64,000 nt of DNA from an uncultured Bacilli bacterium (GCA_947598485.1 CANQFJ010000005.1:3387-67386); one strand, 5' to 3'. Numbered from the stretch's first letter, positions 7,379 through 16,358 are shown. The notes: a model not told the origin generated them from the letters alone. Program-made: numbers and translations.

Positions 7379-7841
7379 AAATTTATCAGGGGAATTTGGT
7401 GTATTTCATTTCATCAAAAGAAGAAGAAAAAAACAAGCTTATGATATGGCAACAGCGGTAAAAATAGAACTTGAAAAGGTTATAGAGCCTTTTAAAAACG
7501 ATTTAGGATTTACGTCAGACACTTTAATTAATAATTGGAATCTAGAAAATGAAATCAGCAACTTAAAGGCAAAAATAAAAGACAAAGATAAACAAATCGA
7601 AATTTTAAAAATCCAATTAGAAGATGCTTTACAAAGTGTAGAGGGTTATAAAGCTAATCAAGAAAAGCTTAATGAATATTTACAAAAAGCAGTTGAGCTT
7701 ATAAAGGGTATCAATGAAAAGCTTTTAGGAGAAGTTAAAGTTACCCGGTTGAAAGATGATAAGACAAAATCAACTCAAAAAATAGAATTAAAAAGCGGAG
7801 CTAGGACTAGCAAAATTATAAAGAAAGTGAAGGATAAATAA
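7368..7841 (+). CDS. coiled-coil protein
   Basis: 157 aa with a long heptad-like K/E/L region. No family recognised. Confidence 0.4.
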   Translation: MKNRNLSGEFGVFHFIKRRRKKQAYDMATAVKIELEKVIEPFKNDLGFTSDTLINNWNLENEISNLKAKIKDKDKQIEILKIQLEDALQSVEGYKANQEKLNEYLQKAVELIKGINEKLLGEVKVTRLKDDKTKSTQKIELKSGARTSKIIKKVKDK

Positions 7842-7843
7842 GA

Positions 7844-8164
7844 ATGAATAATGTTGTTTTAGTAGGTCGAATAGTAAAAGATCTAGAAATTGAAGAAAAC
7901 GAAAGCAAAAAGGTTACCACAGTAACAATTGCAGTAAATAGACCATTTAAAAATGCTGACGGGGAATATGAAACTGATTTTATACCATGTAGATTATGGG
8001 ATAGCATAGCTACTAATACATGTGAATATTGCAAAAAAGGCGATGTTATAGGAGTTAAAGGGAGAATCCAATCTGATGATTCAGGAGCTTATGTAATTGC
8101 AGAAAGAGTAACGTTTTTAAGTAGTAAAAAAGCAGATGAGGAGAAAGCAAATGGAGAAAGTTAA
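7844..8164 (+). CDS. short SSB-like OB-fold protein lacking the acidic DDxPF tip
   Basis: MNNVVLVGRIVKDLE...IPCRLWDSIA...GDVIGVKGRIQS follows the SSB OB-fold pattern. It ends ADEEKANGES, without the C-terminal tip motif. Confidence 0.6.
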   Translation: MNNVVLVGRIVKDLEIEENESKKVTTVTIAVNRPFKNADGEYETDFIPCRLWDSIATNTCEYCKKGDVIGVKGRIQSDDSGAYVIAERVTFLSSKKADEEKANGES

Positions 8165-8873
8165 AGAGCCCACGCCAAAACAAGAAACTGGTATTAATGT
8201 AGAAGACATAAAAAAATTAAATTTATATGAAAAGCTACTTCTAATAACAAATGAAGTTGGAGTAATTGAAAAAAACTTGAATGTTCAAGTGAATAAAAAT
8301 AATAGCTATAAAGCGGTTAGTGAAAGAGATGTACTTGATGCTGTAAAGCCTATTGAACAAAAATACAGAGTATATAGCTATCCATACTCCAGAGAAATTA
8401 TTGATTATGGAACATTACAAAAAGAAACTGAATTTGATGGGAAAATAAGTCGAACAAATACGCTTTATATGAGAGTTCAAATCACATATCGTTTTGTAAA
8501 TATTGATAATCCTGAAGAATTTATTGACGTAGTTAGTTATGGCGATGGATTAGATACAGGAGATAAAGCACCAGGTAAAGCAATGACTTATGCTGATAAA
8601 TATGCACTTTTAAAAGCTTATAAGTTATCAACCGGTGATGATCCTGATAAAGACCCTAGCCCAGAAAACGGCTATTCCAAAACTACTACAAAGAAAATAA
8701 CTAAAGCTACAGCAAGACAAGTTGAAGTTTTGTCGAAAGTTTATGTAGGGGATAACTTAACAAAACTACTTCAAGCAAATAATATTGAAAAATTGGAAGA
8801 TTTAAGTGTGACAAAAGCAAGTGAACTTATAAAAAAATTAAATGAAAGAAATGAGGCAAAAGAAAATGAATAA
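8151..8873 (+). CDS. ERF-family single-strand annealing protein
   Basis: KAVSERDVLDAVKP and GKAMTYADKYALLKAYKL motifs. The preferred ATG at 8151 follows GAGGAG. Confidence 0.7.
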   Translation: MEKVKEPTPKQETGINVEDIKKLNLYEKLLLITNEVGVIEKNLNVQVNKNNSYKAVSERDVLDAVKPIEQKYRVYSYPYSREIIDYGTLQKETEFDGKISRTNTLYMRVQITYRFVNIDNPEEFIDVVSYGDGLDTGDKAPGKAMTYADKYALLKAYKLSTGDDPDKDPSPENGYSKTTTKKITKATARQVEVLSKVYVGDNLTKLLQANNIEKLEDLSVTKASELIKKLNERNEAKENE

Positions 8874-9186
8874 TGAATTAGTAAAAATTGAAGATAACAA
8901 AATAGTTATTGCAGAAGAAGTAATACAACAAATTAAGGATTTTACAAAACTTAAAGAAGAGTTTGATTTAAAAGAAAAAGAACTTAAACAAGATCTAAAA
9001 GAAGCTATGGAAAAATTGGGATTAAAAAAATTTATAGTAAATGGTTTATGTGCGACTATTAAAGAGGCAACTACTAGAAAATCTCTAGATACAACAAGAA
9101 TCAAGAAAGAAATGCCAGATATTTATGAAGAGTATTTAAAGGAAACTCCAGTTTCAAGTTCTATAACTTTAACAATAGCTGACTAA
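8866..9186 (+). CDS. hypothetical coiled-coil protein
   Basis: ORF overlapping the ERF stop. The start is ambiguous (8842, 8851 or 8866). Confidence 0.4.
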   Translation: MNNELVKIEDNKIVIAEEVIQQIKDFTKLKEEFDLKEKELKQDLKEAMEKLGLKKFIVNGLCATIKEATTRKSLDTTRIKKEMPDIYEEYLKETPVSSSITLTIAD

Positions 9187-9770
9187 TGGTTGAATTTATC
9201 GAGGAAGGTCATATTTATTTGATTGATGGAGTGATTGTTCCAAGCGTGAGCGAACTTCTTCACTTCATCTTCCCTAATAAGTATGCAAACATAGACGAAA
9301 AAATTCTTAATAGTAAAGCTAATTATGGATCTATTGTTCATAAAGCCATTGAATGTTATGAGCAAAAAGAAACTTTACCAGAATTAGATTTGAACCAAGA
9401 GTTTAGTTTAAATCAATACGTAAAAATTAAAAGTAAAAATAATCTAAAAGTTCAAGCTCAGGAGCTAATGATTTATTACAAAAAATTATATGCGGGAAGG
9501 CTGGATATGATTGCTATCGTTAATGATGCATTAAGTCTTTTAGATATAAAAACGACCGCTACACTTGATAAGGAGTATTTATCTTGGCAATTAAGCTTTT
9601 ACGAACTCGCTTACATGTCAATGTATGGCACACCACAATTTGAAAAATTATATGCGATATGGTTGCCAAAAAAAGACTATGGACAATTAGTAGAAATTGA
9701 AAGAAAGCCTTTAAATGAACTTTTAAGGGTAATAAAAGAATTTAACGAAAGAAAGGAAAATGAAAAATGA
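9186..9770 (+). CDS. PD-(D/E)XK (RecB/Cas4-like) exonuclease
   Basis: GRLDMIAIV...LSLLDIKTT resembles the D...(D/E)xK nuclease core. It lies in a recombination module next to ERF. Confidence 0.6.
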   Translation: MVEFIEEGHIYLIDGVIVPSVSELLHFIFPNKYANIDEKILNSKANYGSIVHKAIECYEQKETLPELDLNQEFSLNQYVKIKSKNNLKVQAQELMIYYKKLYAGRLDMIAIVNDALSLLDIKTTATLDKEYLSWQLSFYELAYMSMYGTPQFEKLYAIWLPKKDYGQLVEIERKPLNELLRVIKEFNERKENEK

Positions 9771-10018
9771 GAGAAGAAATGGGAAATCAAATAAGAGCTC
9801 TAGCACTTTATTATTTGCTAGATGAAATGAATAAAGAAGAAATAGAGGTGCCTTTTAAATACATAGAAAAGTTAAGGAAAACCGATGAAGATTGTGGAAT
9901 AGGAATTTCTATGAGTAAAGAAGTCGTAATCATTAAAAGAACTTCTAAAGATAAAGATGAAAAAAGTGAAAAAGACAAATTTAAAGAATTTCTTATGGAT
10001 TTAATAAAAGATTTATGA
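9767..10018 (+). CDS. hypothetical protein
   Basis: 83-aa ORF translationally coupled on both sides (ATGA overlaps). Confidence 0.4.
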   Translation: MREEMGNQIRALALYYLLDEMNKEEIEVPFKYIEKLRKTDEDCGIGISMSKEVVIIKRTSKDKDEKSEKDKFKEFLMDLIKDL

Positions 10019-10476
10019 TGACTTTCACAGGAACTAAAGCCGAAATAAACCAATTTTTATATAAACTCGATAAAGATACTGTCTGGGATATAAAAATCGA
10101 TAAGCATAGGGAAAAACGAAGCCTAGAGGCTAATGCGTATAGTTGGGTTTTACAAAATGAAATTAGTAATGTATTAAGACTATCAAAAGAAGAAGTGCAC
10201 TTTCAAATGTTAAAAGACTATGGCCAACGAGATTACATAAGTGCACTTGCTTCTGTAAATATTGCTAACTATTATGACTACTTTGAAGAAAAGAGTACAT
10301 TTAAACAAAACGGCAAACTTTTTAAAAGCTATGTTATCTATCGAGGAACGCATACCTACGATTCGAGAGAAATGAGTATCTTTATAGATGGAGTTGTTCA
10401 AGAAGCTAGAAATTTAGGTATAGAAACTTTAGAAGATAGAGAAATAGAAAAGTTAATAAAGGAGATGGAAAAGTGA
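10015..10476 (+). CDS. NinB-like recombination protein (tentative)
   Basis: HREKRSLEANAYSWVL resembles the RSLDQN..W motif of lambda NinB. Context is between the nuclease and SSB. Confidence 0.4.
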   Translation: MMTFTGTKAEINQFLYKLDKDTVWDIKIDKHREKRSLEANAYSWVLQNEISNVLRLSKEEVHFQMLKDYGQRDYISALASVNIANYYDYFEEKSTFKQNGKLFKSYVIYRGTHTYDSREMSIFIDGVVQEARNLGIETLEDREIEKLIKEMEK

Positions 10477-10895
10477 ACAAAGTTATTTTAACAGGAAGAT
10501 TTACAAAGGATCCTGAATCAAGAATGGCCGGTAATGTTGAAGCATCGACATTTAGACTAGCTTGTGATAATGGATTTGTTGATAAAAATGGAGAGCGAGA
10601 TGTAGAGTTTATTGAGTGTATAGCATTTAATAAAACCGCTGAAATAATCAATAAATATTGCCAAAAAGGTTCATTAATATCAGTACAAGGAAGAATTAAA
10701 AATAGTTCATATGAAAAAGATGGAGTAAAAAAATATTCTTCAAGAATTGTTGTTGAACATCTAGAATTTTTAAGCAGTGCCAAGAGTAACGAATCAGCAT
10801 CAGAACCACCTAAGATAGAAGAAACTGGAGGCGAAGATCCATACGCAGCATTTGGTAATGAGGTTGAAATAGACCCTAACGACTTACCATTTTAG
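10473..10895 (+). CDS. ssb: single-stranded DNA-binding protein (canonical, with acidic tail ending DLPF)
   Basis: OB-fold MNKVILTGRFTKDPE...ISVQGRIKNSSYEKDG with the C-terminal DPNDLPF tip. Confidence 0.85.
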   Translation: MNKVILTGRFTKDPESRMAGNVEASTFRLACDNGFVDKNGERDVEFIECIAFNKTAEIINKYCQKGSLISVQGRIKNSSYEKDGVKKYSSRIVVEHLEFLSSAKSNESASEPPKIEETGGEDPYAAFGNEVEIDPNDLPF

Positions 10896-10903
10896 AGGTA
10901 ATT

Positions 10904-11086
10904 ATGGATAAAGATTATAAACAACTTTATGAATTGGAAAAAAGTAATAATTTAATATTAAATTCTAAATTACAAAAAGAGAAGAAGGATAATCAAAAAA
11001 TTGTTCAAGAACTTAATCGGAAAATAAAAGAGTTAGAGGAGCAAATATATAAACTTAAAAACAAGCAATTATCGATGGAGGAGTAA
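10904..11086 (+). CDS. hypothetical coiled-coil protein (60 aa)
   Basis: ORF with RBS AGAGG. K/E/L-rich. Confidence 0.4.
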   Translation: MDKDYKQLYELEKSNNLILNSKLQKEKKDNQKIVQELNRKIKELEEQIYKLKNKQLSMEE

Positions 11087-11430
11087 TGACAGGTATTGAA
11101 CTTTTAGAAGAAATTAAAAGTGGAAATATAAAAAATGGTACGACAATTGTAGTTTACGCACGACAAGAATTGACAACTAGTTTGGTGTATGATGGCAATT
11201 TGAAATGGAAACCGGGAACCTTTAATACAAGTATGTTATGGGACGAAGAGTTCTTATTTTACCCAATTGTTGATAAAGAAATTGATTGGAAAATAATAAG
11301 AGGAATATCTGATACGGAGATTAAAAGTCTGGCGGATTCTGAATTAATAGAATTACTCATTTTAAATCAAAGAGACATAATTGAAAATCAACGATATTTA
11401 AAAGCTAAAATGGAGGAACTAAATGAGTAA
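11086..11430 (+). CDS. hypothetical protein (114 aa)
   Basis: TAATG overlap with the previous gene. Confidence 0.45.
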   Translation: MTGIELLEEIKSGNIKNGTTIVVYARQELTTSLVYDGNLKWKPGTFNTSMLWDEEFLFYPIVDKEIDWKIIRGISDTEIKSLADSELIELLILNQRDIIENQRYLKAKMEELNE

Positions 11431-11608
11431 TTCCTTTTTAGATTACATACTTACAAAATACAAGCTTGATGAAGATATTGACAACTTTTTAGAGAGATTA
11501 ATAAGAAATGAATTAACCTTAGAAGAAAGAGAAAATGTAGTTAATTACTTGAGATACACTTTAAATGAAGCAAAAAGGTTCATAGAAAGGATAAAAAAGG
11601 ATGAATGA
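11423..11608 (+). CDS. hypothetical protein (61 aa)
   Basis: Overlapping start, RBS GGAGGAA. Confidence 0.4.
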   Translation: MSNSFLDYILTKYKLDEDIDNFLERLIRNELTLEERENVVNYLRYTLNEAKRFIERIKKDE

Positions 11609-11870
11609 AGAAATAAAAAAGGAATTTGAGAAACTATATACTCATGGCATTTGGCTTGAATTTTCGAATGCTGAAGGAAAGATGCTCGATCAATACATCA
11701 AAAATCTTGAAAAGGAAAATAAGCAGTTAAAAGAGCAATTAAGGTTAGATGAGTGGGAGGATATAGAAAAAATAGAATTTAAACCAAGAAAAGTTCAAAA
11801 TGCCATAAATAAACTTATTAAAAACCAAAAATACTTAAAAGAAAGACTAGATAGTAAAAATGAAAATTGA
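11601..11870 (+). CDS. hypothetical protein (89 aa)
   Basis: Overlapping start, RBS AAAGGATGA. Confidence 0.4.
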   Translation: MNEEIKKEFEKLYTHGIWLEFSNAEGKMLDQYIKNLEKENKQLKEQLRLDEWEDIEKIEFKPRKVQNAINKLIKNQKYLKERLDSKNEN

Positions 11871-12123
11871 TTTATTAGAATATATAGGATATTTAATAGG
11901 TGATACAAGTTGGTATGGTGAAACTAATCACGATGATATATCAGCAAGAAATTTAAAAACTTTAGATAATGTTTTATCTGAAATAGAATATATAAGAGAT
12001 TATTTATTAACTAGGTTATATGAACACCGAAATTATAGACAAGGTAATGCTTCTGCCGAACATTTACATAGACTTGCTATGAGTATTTTAGAAAGACACG
12101 GAGAAAAGTTGGAGGAAAAATAA
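11860..12123 (+). CDS. hypothetical protein (87 aa)
   Basis: ORF in a tightly packed early operon. Confidence 0.4.
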   Translation: MKIDLLEYIGYLIGDTSWYGETNHDDISARNLKTLDNVLSEIEYIRDYLLTRLYEHRNYRQGNASAEHLHRLAMSILERHGEKLEEK

Positions 12124-12124
12124 A

Positions 12125-12460
12125 ATGGAAGAATTTCATTCAGTAATAGCTCAAGATGGATTTGGACATGTTGTAGATGAAAATGGGGAATATTACCAAC
12201 CTACAATTAAAACAGCAAGAAATGATAATTCTAAAGTAGAATATGACATCAACATTTATGGTAATTTAATGATTATTGATAATGAAAAGCAAAACATTAA
12301 AGTAGTTGAAGTGCCAAGCATTAAAAAACTATTTGATGAAAAACAGCAACTTATTTCTTTCTTAAAAAATAAAATAAAAGAATACAAACTTTGTTTTCCA
12401 GAAGTTGTAAAGGCACTTCAAGAAGTCATAGATTTCATTAATAAAGGTGGTAAAGAATGA
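12125..12460 (+). CDS. hypothetical protein (111 aa), ends GGKE
   Basis: RBS GGAGGAAAA. The 3-prime end is the conserved junction GGTGGTAAAGAATGA. Confidence 0.45.
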   Translation: MEEFHSVIAQDGFGHVVDENGEYYQPTIKTARNDNSKVEYDINIYGNLMIIDNEKQNIKVVEVPSIKKLFDEKQQLISFLKNKIKEYKLCFPEVVKALQEVIDFINKGGKE

Positions 12461-12717
12461 AAACAAATGGATTAGTTTATGCAATATGTAGAAATAATAT
12501 AGATCCTATGGATGATAAAAATATAGGCTTAATTATAGGAAAGTATTATGTAGTAGATGAAATATGGATAGGGCAAAGTCATTCTTCTATCAAAATAGGC
12601 GATAAATCATATAATTCGATATTATTTGATTATTTTGATTTAAATGGTACACCATTAAATATTTATAAAGAGTATTCTCCATATAAAAATTATGAAATTA
12701 AAGGTTGTAAAGAATGA
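12457..12717 (+). CDS. hypothetical protein (86 aa), ends GCKE
   Basis: It starts in one conserved junction and ends in the next (GGTTGTAAAGAATGA). Confidence 0.45.
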   Translation: MKTNGLVYAICRNNIDPMDDKNIGLIIGKYYVVDEIWIGQSHSSIKIGDKSYNSILFDYFDLNGTPLNIYKEYSPYKNYEIKGCKE

Positions 12718-12923
12718 AAGAAGATCAAGAATATATTAAATTTTTGAAATTAACTAGAGCTTTATTTAACAAATACAATTTAAAGCAAATTAATTTCAAT
12801 ATTTACACAATAAACGATGGAAATGGTAATGAAAAAACTTTATTAGAAGTTAAAATAAAAGACAATAATAATTTAACTTTAGAAGATGGATATTACGATA
12901 TCTTATTAGGTGGTAAAGAATGA
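12714..12923 (+). CDS. hypothetical protein (69 aa), ends GGKE
   Basis: Same junction cassette at both ends. Confidence 0.45.
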   Translation: MKEDQEYIKFLKLTRALFNKYNLKQINFNIYTINDGNGNEKTLLEVKIKDNNNLTLEDGYYDILLGGKE

Positions 12924-13051
12924 AAAAAATATTTAATAATAAAAACTTTATAACAGTTGTAGGTACAATTTTATATATGTTAATTTGGATTTTATGCTTC
13001 GTTGCCAGTTTATTTATTTATAGATGGCTAATTAAATTCATAATATGGTAG
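12920..13051 (+). CDS. 43-aa membrane peptide (below track cutoff)
   Basis: Hand translation: MKKIFNNKNFITVVGTILYMLIWILCFVASLFIYRWLIKFIIW. It starts in the junction ATGA. Confidence 0.3.
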   Translation: MKKIFNNKNFITVVGTILYMLIWILCFVASLFIYRWLIKFIIW

Positions 13052-13060
13052 GTGGTAAAG

Positions 13061-13384
13061 ATGAGTGAAGAAGAGAAAATAAAACAATTTGAAGAAGAAC
13101 AATTAAATAAATTGCTTATAGAGTTAAGAGATATTAATAATTTTAAAGGCTTTGAAAATGGTGCTTTTAAGTATAATTTAGGTAAATATCAAGCTGATTT
13201 ATTATTAGAACACATTAATCAATTACAAAATGAACATAATATTTTAACTGAATTTGAAAAGTGGCTTGAAAAGAAAAAGAAGAAATTAGATACTTCAAAT
13301 GATTTTGATAGATATGCAAGATTAATTATTATTGAGTGTTTAGATAAATTACAAGAATTGAAAGGTGATAAAAATGAACCGTAG
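13061..13384 (+). CDS. hypothetical protein (107 aa)
   Basis: ATG at 13061 preceded by AGGTGGTAAAG (fourth junction copy). The track starts at the GTG at 13052. Confidence 0.45.
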   Translation: MSEEEKIKQFEEEQLNKLLIELRDINNFKGFENGAFKYNLGKYQADLLLEHINQLQNEHNILTEFEKWLEKKKKKLDTSNDFDRYARLIIIECLDKLQELKGDKNEP

Positions 13385-13508
13385 GGCTAAATATGCAAGT
13401 GGTAGTTGGTACCAATATCTTCTACCAAAGAGATTAACAATAGGTAAAGTAAGAATTTATAGATGGTTAAACTTCTTTTGGAGATGGAAAGATAAGGAGT
13501 GATAAATA

Positions 13509-13724
13509 ATGAATAAAGATATTACATTGGAAGATTTAGGATACGAGGAAAGAGAAGAAACAACATCAACTTGTTGTATAAAATCATACATCAACTATAA
13601 TACAATGCAAATTATATATTTTGATTATGATAAGCAAATAGATATTGATAAATGTATTATGACAATAGATTTATTACAAGCAATATATAATAAATGCAAA
13701 GATTTAGGGTGGTTAGATGAATAA
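13509..13724 (+). CDS. hypothetical protein (71 aa)
   Basis: RBS AAGGAG. Confidence 0.4.
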   Translation: MNKDITLEDLGYEEREETTSTCCIKSYINYNTMQIIYFDYDKQIDIDKCIMTIDLLQAIYNKCKDLGWLDE

Positions 13725-14145
13725 AAATGAATTTATAGAAAAATTATCTAGCCTAGAACATGATAGATGGTGTAGCTGGCAAAAATATTTACATAGTTGC
13801 TGTGTTAAAAATGAAGATGGTAGTTTAACTATACCCAAAATTTTAGCAGAACGATGGGAATATGAAATGAACACAAAATATAAAGATTTGCCTTACGAAA
13901 TTCAAGAAAGTGATAGAAAAGAAGTTTATAAGATGTTTTCCACAATTAATGAATATTTACAACACCAATTAGAAGAAGACAAGGTTATTGAAGATATTTT
14001 AAAGAAAACAGAGCATGTATATAATATACTCAACAAATATAAAGAAAATCATATTATTTGCTTTGATAAGGATCTATGGGGACTATATAAACGCATGGAT
14101 AAAGAATTAGCAGAAATATTAGAAAGAGGAAAAAATGGAATCTAG
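13717..14145 (+). CDS. hypothetical protein (142 aa) with EHDRW motif
   Basis: ORF with an overlapping start. No confident family call. Confidence 0.4.
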   Translation: MNKNEFIEKLSSLEHDRWCSWQKYLHSCCVKNEDGSLTIPKILAERWEYEMNTKYKDLPYEIQESDRKEVYKMFSTINEYLQHQLEEDKVIEDILKKTEHVYNILNKYKENHIICFDKDLWGLYKRMDKELAEILERGKNGI

Positions 14146-14323
14146 ATGGTGCTATGGCTGTGGAGAAACTAAACCTCTAATTTCTAAATATTGGGCCTGG
14201 GCTAATAAAGAGCATACTAGATTTAGAACTAAGTGTAGAAAATGTACAAATTATGATAGTAAATTATCTCATGCAATTGCTAGAGCTAGGAAGAAAGATT
14301 TATTGGATAAGAAAGTGAAATAA
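14135..14323 (+). CDS. zinc-ribbon protein (62 aa)
   Basis: CYGC...CRKC paired CxxC motifs. Basic. Confidence 0.45.
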   Translation: MESRWCYGCGETKPLISKYWAWANKEHTRFRTKCRKCTNYDSKLSHAIARARKKDLLDKKVK

Positions 14324-14324
14324 A

Positions 14325-14606
14325 ATGAAGGAAAAATTATTAAAAATAATTAATCATTACGGAGTAATTCCCCAATTAAAATATCTTCAATCAGAAGTGT
14401 TTGAATTAAATGAGGCAATTATTAGGCACGACCAAGAGTGTTATCCTAATGATGAAGCAACAGAACATATAGCCGAAGAAATAACGGATGTTTTGGTTAT
14501 GATTAGACAGTTTAAAGAATACTATGGTATTTCAAATGAAGATTTAAAGAAAATCACAAATTATAAAGTCGAAAGACAACTTAAAAGGATCGAGGAAGAA
14601 AAATGA
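14325..14606 (+). CDS. MazG-like all-alpha NTP pyrophosphohydrolase
   Basis: LQSEVFELNEAI and EHIAEEITDVLVMIRQF fit the ExxE...EExxD metal-binding pattern of small MazG/YpjD-type enzymes. Confidence 0.55.
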   Translation: MKEKLLKIINHYGVIPQLKYLQSEVFELNEAIIRHDQECYPNDEATEHIAEEITDVLVMIRQFKEYYGISNEDLKKITNYKVERQLKRIEEEK

Positions 14607-14688
14607 AGTTAAAAAAAGAAGTTAAAATAGATGGAATTAGATATAATGAACAATTTGAAAATAATTGTTATAAGATAGGAGATTAAAT

Positions 14689-15123
14689 ATGAAAGAAAAT
14701 ATAAAGCAGTTAAAAGATATATACGATATGGAATATTATTTGCAATATGAATGTTATTGCCCAGGAGAAATATATTCATTTGATCGATTCTTTTTCCGAG
14801 TGTTTGATAAAAACGACAAATGTGAATTTATTGGAAAAGCTGATAAAAATAATATTTTAACAAATGGCAATTACAGTGTCATTTTTGTAATTGCCGAACA
14901 TGAAGATGGTGCTCAATTATTAATTATTGCTGTAAACGAAGAGGCCGAGAAAATAGGAGATATAGTAAGAGTTGATCCTACCGAAAATAATATAAAATTA
15001 GTTAAAGAGGTTATAGAGAATAATAAAACAAATTTAAAATGGGATGAATTTAAAGAGGGTGAAACCGAAAAACATTTAAAAGAACTACTAAAATTATCTA
15101 ATGGTTTAGTAATGGTAGATTAA
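14689..15123 (+). CDS. hypothetical protein (144 aa)
   Basis: RBS TAGGAG. Confidence 0.45.
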   Translation: MKENIKQLKDIYDMEYYLQYECYCPGEIYSFDRFFFRVFDKNDKCEFIGKADKNNILTNGNYSVIFVIAEHEDGAQLLIIAVNEEAEKIGDIVRVDPTENNIKLVKEVIENNKTNLKWDEFKEGETEKHLKELLKLSNGLVMVD

Positions 15124-15146
15124 GTGACTATAAGATAGGAGGTTTA

Positions 15147-15557
15147 ATGGAATTAAAAAAAGAACTAACTATAAAAGAAATTTTTGATGAGATGGCATTT
15201 CTTAAAAGTAAGCTAATAAGATTAGCAGAAAAATATAATAGATCATTAATTACAGTATCAGCGGTTACATGGAAGGATATAATCACAAGTGGAGGTAAAA
15301 AGGGAGATATAATGTTAAACAGGACCATAAAAAAAGATAAATTACACGATGAATTTGATATAGTAAAAGAATCATATGATAGTTACAAAGCTGAAGCTAT
15401 AGATAAAATTAAAGATATGCTTTCTAAGAAAAGCACAGGCTATTGTATAGTTTATTTTAGAGACCAGCTAAAGTGGAAATGGAAAGACATCTGTAAGTTA
15501 TTTAATTATAGCTTAAGGCAATGCCACCGATTATATAAAACCGAAAAAGATAAATGA
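15147..15557 (+). CDS. putative late-gene transcriptional activator (sigma region-4-like / ArpU-RinA-type position)
   Basis: Last gene before the packaging module. C-terminal YCIVYFRDQLKWKWKDICKLFNYSLRQCHRLYK resembles a region-4 HTH. Confidence 0.4.
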   Translation: MELKKELTIKEIFDEMAFLKSKLIRLAEKYNRSLITVSAVTWKDIITSGGKKGDIMLNRTIKKDKLHDEFDIVKESYDSYKAEAIDKIKDMLSKKSTGYCIVYFRDQLKWKWKDICKLFNYSLRQCHRLYKTEKDK

Positions 15558-15635
15558 CACATAATGGCACACAATGTCATATTGATTAGTTGTATTATGA
15601 TATTATGAGATAATTATAATCTCATTTTCACTTCC

Positions 15636-15657
15636 GGAACTTAATAGTTCCTTTTTT
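15636..15657 (+). terminator. rho-independent terminator ending the early operon
   Basis: GGAACTTAATAGTTCC followed by TTTTTT. Confidence 0.6.
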
Positions 15658-15863
15658 ATTTGAGGCATAAAGGTTATTAAAAAAAACTTTTCATTTATAA
15701 TATCCGATAGTCTTTATAAAAACCCTAGTATTCTATTTATTATTTTCCTTTATGCCTGAAACAAGAAAGTGATGATATATGAGTTACATAGACTACGATT
15801 GTGGATTAGAAGAAACCATAGATAAAGAAATAGACGAAGATTAACTAGAAAGGAAGCAAGTAT

Positions 15864-16358
15864 ATGGCCCAAGGAGTAAAAACTGATAATAAAAAAATAG
15901 CCGAAATTATAACTAGCTATACACTAACCAACAACTATAATAAGACTGCTAAAGAACTTGGCGTATCTGCTAACACTGTTAAAAATATTATTAATAAGCA
16001 AAAGAAAGAAAATGGTGAAGCTTTTGCGAAACTTTGCGAAGAGAAAAAAGAACTATTTGAAACCAAAGCAAATAGGATCATTGATAAGGCTTTAGAATTA
16101 GTAGAAGATAGAATAGATACTGCTAAAGAGAATCAAGATGCCTTGGAAGAAATAATTCAAATGGTATGGGAACAAGATAAAAAAAATTTAAATGAAACCC
16201 AAAAGAAATCAATTGTAAACAAGATTAGTAAGATGCAATTAAATAGTTTATCAGAGTTAACAACTGCTTTAGGAACACTATACGATAAAATGAGATTAGC
16301 TAAAGGCGAATCAACTGTCAATGATAAGTTTGAGGTAAATATTAAAGTGGTAGACTGA
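15864..16358 (+). CDS. terS: terminase small subunit
   Basis: N-terminal HTH NKTAKELGVSANTVKNIINK. Immediately precedes and overlaps terL (ATGA-type junction). Confidence 0.7.
   Translation: MAQGVKTDNKKIAEIITSYTLTNNYNKTAKELGVSANTVKNIINKQKKENGEAFAKLCEEKKELFETKANRIIDKALELVEDRIDTAKENQDALEEIIQMVWEQDKKNLNETQKKSIVNKISKMQLNSLSELTTALGTLYDKMRLAKGESTVNDKFEVNIKVVD

Noticed and set aside
14427-14437. CACGACCAAGA 11-mer shared between the MazG-like gene and the motif copy at 22272-22282.
   Set aside because: It lies inside a coding region with a plausible codon reading (RHDQE), and it is a single 11-nt match. That is too weak to count as another regulatory motif copy.
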